Source: Ignavibacteriota bacterium
GTDB taxonomy: Bacteria > Bacteroidota > Ignavibacteria > UBA10030 > UBA6906
Assembly: GCA_963801355.1 (NCBI GenBank)
Contig: CAWDEM010000008.1
Span: forward strand, 2,848,001 to 2,912,000
Reading direction: 5' to 3'
DNA: 64,000 bases
The position numbers and the translations under genes are program-made. Numbering within the stretch: position 1 is the stretch's first letter; each line of letters opens with the position of its first letter. Below the pieces are notes generated by a model. The model did no database searches, was not told the DNA's origin, and worked only from the letters and a program-made list of their open reading frames with translations. Positions 57,547 through 64,000 of this stretch are shown piece by piece.

Positions 57547-58188
57547 TCAGACTTCGGCTGTGCGCTTCTGCTCCGTGGGATCCACCGTCCCGAACACATA
57601 GTCCCACACCGGCGTGCTGACCCCGAACCCCTTTCCGGGATCATGATAGTGATGCAGCACGTGATGGTGCTTGACCTTTTGCCAGACACCGTTCTTCAGC
57701 GGTGCGTGATGTGTGGCATAGTGGATTTCGTCATAGAGCATGTAGCCGACGAGGAAGCCCGCAAAGAAGGGGAAGATGTACTTCATCCCGAGGATCAGGG
57801 AGAACAGGAAATAGAAGAGCAACGCCAGCGGAATACTGACCACCGGTGGCATCACGAGGCGCTTTGAGTCATTCGGATACTCGTGATGTACCCCATGCAT
57901 CATGAAATGCAGATATTTGCCGACCTTGCTGGTCGGCTCGTAATGAAAAATATACCGGTGCAAAACGTATTCTGTCAATGTCCAGATGACCAGGCCGCCC
58001 ACAAACAGGAATATCCCGGTTGTCCGTGTCAAACCCGGTGTCACTGACGCACGGTACAGGAGGTAGCTGACAACCGGAATGTACAGGATCAGCGGAACAC
58101 TCCAGTGGACATGCGAGAATATCTCAAGAAAATCGCTCTTGAACAGACGCGCGGATTCATCCTTGTTCGACGTATAGAGTTTTGCCAT
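57547..58188 (-). CDS. Fatty acid hydroxylase/sterol desaturase family (FA2H/Scs7-like)
   Basis: His boxes YVLHRYIFH, HGVHH, HYATHH, HHVLHH; RLVMPP; FGVSTPVWD. Confidence 0.9.
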   Translation of the reverse strand: MAKLYTSNKDESARLFKSDFLEIFSHVHWSVPLILYIPVVSYLLYRASVTPGLTRTTGIFLFVGGLVIWTLTEYVLHRYIFHYEPTSKVGKYLHFMMHGVHHEYPNDSKRLVMPPVVSIPLALLFYFLFSLILGMKYIFPFFAGFLVGYMLYDEIHYATHHAPLKNGVWQKVKHHHVLHHYHDPGKGFGVSTPVWDYVFGTVDPTEQKRTAEV

Positions 58189-58267
58189 AGGTACCTCTCA
58201 TTCTGAAATATGCTCGCACAACATAGGCGTTTTTTACGACTTTTCCAATTCTCCTGGAAACCACACC

Positions 58268-59104
58268 ATGCGTCCCGCCCGCCATCTCCTTTACGCCTTC
58301 TTCATTCTCCTGCTCGCATGGCATTCCGGAGCCGCGCAATCGGGCGCCGATACCCTCTTGCCTTCATCGCTGGTCTGGTTTCCCTCACAGCGGATATTCC
58401 CCCGGATGGTTGCTGACGGGATCAGTCACCAGTTCGGTGTGAGCAAGGACCTTTCGTCGGCAATGATTCATGGGAGCATCGGCGGCCTCGTACCGGTTCT
58501 GGATGTCAACTTCGAAATGACGACATGCCAGATCGGTGCAGGTGCGACGGTCCTCACAAGTTTCATCAAGAGACCCCGGCTCCTGCAGATGGAAACCGTC
58601 GACTTCCTTCTGGAGTTCCCGGTGGATATCCGGCTCACCGAGCGGCTTGCGCTGCGGACAGGTTACGGCCATTTCAGTGCGCATTTCGCAGACGACGGAA
58701 TCGAGATTCTCGGCCGGTCATCGGTCAACTATGCGAAGGACTACCTGCTGCTCCTGGGCGCCTGGCGAATTCTGGCGGTTGATGGGGTTCTGTACGCCGG
58801 GGGCCACTGGAACTTTCACTCCCTGCCTGAGGAGGGAAGTCGCTGGACGATGCAGTGGGGTGTCGAGACAGGGAACCTGCTGATCTTCCCCGAAGTCTTT
58901 CTCTATGCCGCACTGGACCTGCGATGGAAGTCCGAAGCCGCCTGGGCCGCCACCGGGAGTTATCAATGCGGACTCAGGCTGCTCCCGCGGGAGGAACGGG
59001 CACTGCGGATTGCCTATACATACCGCACAGGGCCTGATGATCGGGGACAATTTTATCAACAGAGGGCTGACGTGCACCTTGTAGGCGTCTACCTCGATTT
59101 CTGA
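58268..59104 (+). CDS. Outer-membrane barrel, DUF1207-like
   Basis: Signal peptide, HFSAHFADD motif, RGQFY, terminal Phe. Confidence 0.65.
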   Translation: MRPARHLLYAFFILLLAWHSGAAQSGADTLLPSSLVWFPSQRIFPRMVADGISHQFGVSKDLSSAMIHGSIGGLVPVLDVNFEMTTCQIGAGATVLTSFIKRPRLLQMETVDFLLEFPVDIRLTERLALRTGYGHFSAHFADDGIEILGRSSVNYAKDYLLLLGAWRILAVDGVLYAGGHWNFHSLPEEGSRWTMQWGVETGNLLIFPEVFLYAALDLRWKSEAAWAATGSYQCGLRLLPREERALRIAYTYRTGPDDRGQFYQQRADVHLVGVYLDF

Positions 59105-59108
59105 CCGC

Positions 59109-61580
59109 TCACAACCTCCCCGCAAGTATCACAACACATTTTGCAGCAAAGGTCACCCCTCCGGCACCGTCGATGGCTTCGAGAATCGCGACGTAGGCGC
59201 CGATCCGTACACGCACCCCACGGTCATCGCGGCCATCCCACACCAGGCGTCCTTCCGCTCCCGCAGGTGTGATGTTTGCCAGTTCGCGGAGAGATCTGCC
59301 CCTCACGTCAAAGAGCCGCACCCGAATGAGAGAGCTCCGTACCGGCAGCGAGTAGCTGAGCACCGCAACGTCATCCACGCCGTCGCCATCAGGAGAAAAC
59401 GGGTTCGGTGCCACCTGCAGCGCAGCGACAGGCGGAAGGACTTCAACGGCAATGCTGTTCCCCACTCCCGGCGTTCCCCCTGAAGGATCCACGCATGTTC
59501 CCCAATTCGTCCGGACCGCGCCGCTGAGCGCCGGATTGATGAGTTCCAGCGAACGTCCCCGGGTGTCCGGAATGTCCGGCGAGTGGAAAGAGGGCGAGAA
59601 CTCCAAGCTGTCCAGCACCACGCCGCCTGCGCTCTTCAGTACAAGGACGTCACCATCGTTGTTGAGGCCGAGACCGGTGGCATTCATGCAGAGGACTGTC
59701 GCGGCATCAGCCTGGCGAAGTGAGGGAAACCATGCCGGTCCCGTGCTGTCGGCCACGATGACCGCGCACGTTCCGGGGGATACACGAATCGAACGGCCCC
59801 CGGGCTTCCACTGGTTGATGCTCCCTCCTTCCGTCGGTCGATCGGAAAGCACGCAGTCGTCCAGTTCCACCGCAACGGTGGAGCTGTTAATCAATTCGAC
59901 GAACTCAGGCATCCCCGCCAGGGGCTCATACATGATCTCGTTGATGCGCACCGAACCCGGGAGAGTGGGAATGATCACCGCGGCCGAGACGCTGTTGTTC
60001 GACTCCCGCTCATCACCGTCCATGAAGACCTGTGCGCGGAGTGAGTGCTTGCCGGGCACCGGCGCGACCCACACATAGTCGCACACAAGTGCATCCCCCG
60101 GCGCAATGGTCGCGTTGCTGGGAATACGGTCAATAACCTCCGCATCGCCGGCAACGCTGTCCCGGTTCATATCATCGTAGAGGAGTATGCTCCAGTCCGG
60201 CGCGGCTGCGCGGCCGGTATTCGAAATCATGATGGAAACATCGCAGATGTCTCCGCTACATCGCCCGGGAAAACTCATCTGCACGGCGGAAAGATCCGAT
60301 GTCCGACGGGCCATACTGTTGGTCCTCCCCGGTGTGGCGCCCGCACTGTCTACTGACGACACCCAGTTGCCCGCGGCATTCGAAGGACCTTCACCGTCTA
60401 TCCGCTCGAGCGAAACACCCGGACCGCCACCCCACGCCGGAAGATACCCGACACTGTCTGCGCAATGTCCGGTTCGTGCATACAAATGGAGGAAGTCCCC
60501 GCCATTGTTCAACGAAGGGAATCCGTCGGTCTGCAGGATGCGTGAGGTGATCCTCCGGCGTGATCCGGCAAGCGCCGCTGTGTCAGGAGTCAGGACAACG
60601 AGCTCGCCGGGATCCAGCAGAACGGAAGCGCCGGCGATGGTGTGCCGCAGCGTGATACTGGCATCACTCAGGCTCCATCCTTGAATATCCGTCTGTTCGT
60701 GCCCCGTGTTCATGAGCTCAACCCATTCCGGCTCCCCTGAACGCGGCGTGTACATGATTTCGTTGAAGATCACCGAGTCCGGCCGGGTACCGCCGGCGAA
60801 CCGCGCCGTCACCTGTATATCATCCATGCGAAATGTTCCGCTCGTCCCCGTTGACTCCGGAAGAACACGCCATCGCAGGACAACCGCGCTCTCTCCGGTC
60901 GCCGCGTCAGGAATCATACACGCGGCCGCCTGGTAGACACCGCTTCCAGCATCCCTGCCGATTATGCCGAGGGAAAATGGAAACGTCACACCGGCATCCA
61001 GCGACATCTCCACGGCAACCTGCGCGATAAATGTTCCCGAACGACGCACCGCCATACGGACCCCGTCCGGCTTCTGCCCCCGGCAATCTATGACCGGTGT
61101 GACCAGCCACTGTTCCAGTGTGGCATTTGTTGTCAGGACCGCACCCGGCGGGGAAAACACCGTGGAGGAAGTTGTTCCCCAGTCGTTTGTTCCCGGTGTT
61201 TTTCTCTGTGATGACCGCCATCCTGCCGGCAATGCAGGGGGAGCGACGCTGTCGAAGGCCTCCTGGAAGATCAGAATGGTGTCCTGGGCAGCAGGCTGAG
61301 CAGGTTTCTGCGCAGTTTCCTGGGAAGTATCCCGGGCTTCCTGAGACACCGGAATGGTATCCCGGGCTTCCTGAGACATCGGGATGGTATCCCGGGCCAC
61401 GCGAGAAATCAGGATCGTATCACGGGCGTGCAATTCCAGCGCCACAGCAATCACTGCAATCCAGAGCATCCGGAACATCGAGGACTTCCGGGACTTCCCC
61501 AACATCCGGGACTTCCGGAACATCCCAGACTTTCGGAGCATCCGGGACTTCCAGACAGGACGGGTTTGATGACCAGACAT
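59109..61580 (-). CDS. Secreted lamin-tail-domain protein with CARDB-like and FlgD-Ig/type B CTD-like C-terminus
   Basis: Two (I/F)NEIMYxP...E(W/F)VEL.N LTD modules with TPG..NS; PNPFSPDGDGVDD; WDGRD..G.Y. Start uncertain (Met 61580 or later). Confidence 0.82.
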   Translation of the reverse strand: MSGHQTRPVWKSRMLRKSGMFRKSRMLGKSRKSSMFRMLWIAVIAVALELHARDTILISRVARDTIPMSQEARDTIPVSQEARDTSQETAQKPAQPAAQDTILIFQEAFDSVAPPALPAGWRSSQRKTPGTNDWGTTSSTVFSPPGAVLTTNATLEQWLVTPVIDCRGQKPDGVRMAVRRSGTFIAQVAVEMSLDAGVTFPFSLGIIGRDAGSGVYQAAACMIPDAATGESAVVLRWRVLPESTGTSGTFRMDDIQVTARFAGGTRPDSVIFNEIMYTPRSGEPEWVELMNTGHEQTDIQGWSLSDASITLRHTIAGASVLLDPGELVVLTPDTAALAGSRRRITSRILQTDGFPSLNNGGDFLHLYARTGHCADSVGYLPAWGGGPGVSLERIDGEGPSNAAGNWVSSVDSAGATPGRTNSMARRTSDLSAVQMSFPGRCSGDICDVSIMISNTGRAAAPDWSILLYDDMNRDSVAGDAEVIDRIPSNATIAPGDALVCDYVWVAPVPGKHSLRAQVFMDGDERESNNSVSAAVIIPTLPGSVRINEIMYEPLAGMPEFVELINSSTVAVELDDCVLSDRPTEGGSINQWKPGGRSIRVSPGTCAVIVADSTGPAWFPSLRQADAATVLCMNATGLGLNNDGDVLVLKSAGGVVLDSLEFSPSFHSPDIPDTRGRSLELINPALSGAVRTNWGTCVDPSGGTPGVGNSIAVEVLPPVAALQVAPNPFSPDGDGVDDVAVLSYSLPVRSSLIRVRLFDVRGRSLRELANITPAGAEGRLVWDGRDDRGVRVRIGAYVAILEAIDGAGGVTFAAKCVVILAGRL
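61327..61427 (-). repeat. 30-bp (10-aa) tandem repeats ARDTIxxSQE
   Basis: GTATCCCGGGCTTCCTGAGACA recurs with period 30. Confidence 0.85.
61465..61554 (-). repeat. Ten 9-bp units encoding (RKS/RML/xMF)n in the signal peptide n-region
   Basis: AGCATCCGG/GACTTCCGG/AACATCCGG units. Confidence 0.85.
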
Positions 61581-61686
61581 CGAGTATTCCCCGAAAACAG
61601 TACCGGATTCCCTCCGGGGTCTGCCATTATTACCTGCGAGGTTGATTTTTTTCGAGAGATTGTCTATATAGGCATGAAAAGAACCC

Positions 61687-62052
61687 ATGCCCCCTATCCG
61701 CATACTTGTAGCTGATGATGAAGACGCCCTGCGCGAGCTGCTGTGTGAACAGCTGACCGTGATGGGATACCAGACGGAGTCAGCCGGTGACGGCGAAGAG
61801 GCCATCCAGAAGTTGCAGGACGGAACGTTCGCGCTGGTACTCCTCGACATCAACATGCCAAAGAAGACCGGGCTGGAGGTACTGCAGTATATCCGTGAGC
61901 AGGGTATGCAGACGCGCGTGATCATGCTCACCGGCCGGCTCGGCTATTCCGTCGGGTCGGAGAGCATGAAGCTCGGTGCCGACGAATTCATCACGAAGCC
62001 GTTTGACCTCAACTATCTTGAACTTGTCATCAAGCGGATCCTCCCGGCGTAG
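61687..62052 (+). CDS. Single-domain response regulator (receiver only)
   Basis: ILVADD, LLDINMP, MLTG, KPF. Confidence 0.92.
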   Translation: MPPIRILVADDEDALRELLCEQLTVMGYQTESAGDGEEAIQKLQDGTFALVLLDINMPKKTGLEVLQYIREQGMQTRVIMLTGRLGYSVGSESMKLGADEFITKPFDLNYLELVIKRILPA

Positions 62053-62055
62053 TGT

Positions 62056-63300
62056 GTGCAACTTTCATACAAAGAACTTCTCGATCGATCGTTACATGCC
62101 GTACCGACCGCCACGGATCTCTCCGGGGATGTCTGCACGGCGGCATCCGGACGCCGCTGCTCCCTCTGCAACGCGTCCCGTATGACATACGGGACTGAAC
62201 TCGCGGGAAAACGCGAGGCAGTCCGACAATTCTGGGAGCAATCATTCAGCCCTTCGCTGCTCCTTCCCCTTCGCCCCTCCCCACGGGGACGGCGGTATCG
62301 ATCCATCTCCAAACGCAAGCTCCATGTCCAGGGCCGGGACGTAGTGCTCGGACTGATCGATCCGGAGGAATCCGCAACGGGAGGCATTCTGCCGGTCAAT
62401 GCGTGCGACATCGAACCCGCCTCACACCAGGAAGTGTACCGGCGCGTCCTGACCGTGATATCTTCTCCGGCCTTACGCTCATTGATTGCGGCATTGAGCT
62501 ATCTGATTGTGCGCGGAGATGAACAGGACACGCTGGTGATTCTCAGCGTGTCGGCATCCTCCCCCTCACTCGTGAAATCGGCGAATGCCCTTTCCAAAAT
62601 CCTGACGGCGGCACCGTCAACGGTGCGTGCGGTCTACCTCCATGAAGACGACAGCGACGGCCGGTATTATCTCGGCTCCGGCAATCCGGCTGCACGCACC
62701 AGCCTGCGCAAACTCTACGGAGTGCAGGGACTGAAGCATGAGGTGGGGGGCAAACGGTTTTTCTATCCACCGGCATCATTCTCGCAGGTGAATCATCCGG
62801 CACTCACCACGCTCACTGAAACCATCCGCACGTTCCTGTCCCCCCACACCGGAGGGACGCTGCTGGATCTGTACTGCGGTTACGGGCTGTTCGGGTTGCT
62901 CTTCGCAAAATCATTTGACCATGTTCTGGGTGCGGATATCTCCCCCGATGCGATCGGCGCCGCCAACGACAATGCCGCACGCCAGGGTGCACGCAACGCC
63001 CGGTTTGTCCGGAGTACCCTGGATGAAGAATCCCTCGGCACGATCCTGCGCCGTTGCCGGCCGCCGGTCTCGGTCATCCTGGACCCACCCCGCGGCGGAA
63101 CAGCCGATGGTGTTCTCTCACTGCTGGCCGTCTTTACTCCGTCGCGCGTCGTGCATCTCTTCTGCAACGTCGACCGGATGCCGCAGGAACTCGCCGCGTG
63201 GGAACGGGAAGGTTATCGTGTGGAAGCCGCAGTGCCCGTCGACATGTTCCCCGGAACCGCAGCATTGGAGATTGTGGTGGGATTGACGCGTCAGGTGTAG
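62056..63300 (+). CDS. RlmD/TrmA family RNA m5U methyltransferase (no TRAM domain)
   Basis: C..CSLC..C Fe-S-type cysteines, SFSQVN, LDLYCGYG, LDPPRGG, catalytic CN, VDMFP. Confidence 0.85.
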   Translation: MQLSYKELLDRSLHAVPTATDLSGDVCTAASGRRCSLCNASRMTYGTELAGKREAVRQFWEQSFSPSLLLPLRPSPRGRRYRSISKRKLHVQGRDVVLGLIDPEESATGGILPVNACDIEPASHQEVYRRVLTVISSPALRSLIAALSYLIVRGDEQDTLVILSVSASSPSLVKSANALSKILTAAPSTVRAVYLHEDDSDGRYYLGSGNPAARTSLRKLYGVQGLKHEVGGKRFFYPPASFSQVNHPALTTLTETIRTFLSPHTGGTLLDLYCGYGLFGLLFAKSFDHVLGADISPDAIGAANDNAARQGARNARFVRSTLDEESLGTILRRCRPPVSVILDPPRGGTADGVLSLLAVFTPSRVVHLFCNVDRMPQELAAWEREGYRVEAAVPVDMFPGTAALEIVVGLTRQV

Positions 63301-63306
63301 GCCGGC

Positions 63307-63999
63307 TCAGCGCGGAACAGCAGGAAGCGATTCAAACGGCACATCCAGAAGCGGATAGCGCCGCCAGTCGCGGTAGTCGAAGTGCCACCATTCAGAAGGC
63401 TCCGCCGTAAACCCCTCTGCCAGCATCGCGGTCCGCAACAGTGACCGCATTCGCCGCTGCCGGGGTGTTCCCCCCTGATACGATCCGGCCGCACGGGGGC
63501 TGAATTCGTCAAACGGCGTGGGCATCTCAACTTCGTTGCCCGACTTCAGATCGTAGAGCGAGAGATCCACGGCACATCCGCGGTTGTGCTTCGAGCCCTT
63601 CACCGGCGATGCGACAAACTTCCGCAGCGCGGGAGGGGTCGCATCCCAGAATTGTTTCGTCACCGTCCAGGGGCGGTACCCGTCGAACACCAGAAGACCG
63701 TACCCCGCTTTCTGCAATGCTTTGTGAGCCCGCACAAGAGCCTCCCCTGCGGGCCTCTGAAGGAACGCCCGGGCGGAAGAGTACATCTGCCTGCCCATGA
63801 AATTCTTCGGGGTGGCGTACCGGATATCCAGGTGTATCGTCGAATCAAGGGTCACGACTTCCACAAGGTCCCGGGCCATCCGGACATCCCGGACGGGCTG
63901 GGCACATACCATGCCGGCAGCACACAGTGCGCAGAGCAGGAGAAGCGCCCCGCGATGGATTCCTGCACGGTGTTCCGTCAAATCTGCTGTTTCCCCCAT
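63307..63999 (-). CDS. D-Ala-D-Ala dipeptidase (M15D, VanX/DdpX family)
   Basis: DIRYAT..NF, FDGYRP, SKHNRGCAVD, EWWHF. Start is at the window edge. Confidence 0.92.
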   Translation of the reverse strand: MGETADLTEHRAGIHRGALLLLCALCAAGMVCAQPVRDVRMARDLVEVVTLDSTIHLDIRYATPKNFMGRQMYSSARAFLQRPAGEALVRAHKALQKAGYGLLVFDGYRPWTVTKQFWDATPPALRKFVASPVKGSKHNRGCAVDLSLYDLKSGNEVEMPTPFDEFSPRAAGSYQGGTPRQRRMRSLLRTAMLAEGFTAEPSEWWHFDYRDWRRYPLLDVPFESLPAVPR

Positions 64000-64000
64000 T

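Noticed and set aside
61581-61931. N-terminal extension of the lamin-tail ORF
   Set aside because: Antisense to the response regulator; the signal peptide lies downstream
63307-63999. Vancomycin resistance cluster
   Set aside because: Lone VanX/DdpX-family peptidase; no vanH/vanA/vanRS within the window

Overview
A GC-rich chromosomal segment, most likely from an Ignavibacteria-like member of the Bacteroidota/Chlorobiota (FCB) group. This is inferred from T9SS C-terminal domains, a PorV-family gene, TonB-dependent receptors (TBDRs) without SusD partners and a BatA-domain gene. Contents in order: a truncated dsbD, trmH and an EamA transporter; two T9SS cargo enzymes (M14 carboxypeptidase; OB-fold/PLD nuclease-like protein) divergent from a TBDR; a class V aminotransferase + DUF1015 pair; a small accessory cluster (XRE/S24 LexA-like repressor divergent from DUF72 across a clear operator/promoter, plus an apparently catalytically dead RAYT-like transposase with a repeat tail); a ~14 kb seven-gene envelope operon (atypical-CTD protein, OB-fold T9SS protein, lipoprotein, TBDR, PorV-family, beta-propeller lipoprotein, PlpD-like patatin-Omp85); housekeeping genes (hflX, suhB, pyrimidine nucleoside phosphorylase, nudix, pyrE, murI, glnD); a complete bidirectional group 3d [NiFe] hydrogenase locus (hypAB, sigma54 site, hoxEFUYHW, hypFCDE, with hypE frameshifted in a G tract); and a fatty-acid hydroxylase, DUF1207-like barrel, lamin-tail protein, response regulator, RlmD-like methyltransferase and D-Ala-D-Ala dipeptidase. 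I found no rRNA, tRNA or CRISPR array. Best leads: the dead RAYT-like gene, the non-canonical LexA-like operator, the SusD-less TBDR/PorV operon (possibly nucleic-acid scavenging), and heptamer repeats occupying the same site in two T9SS sorting domains. Family calls come from motif recognition by eye; no database searches were run.
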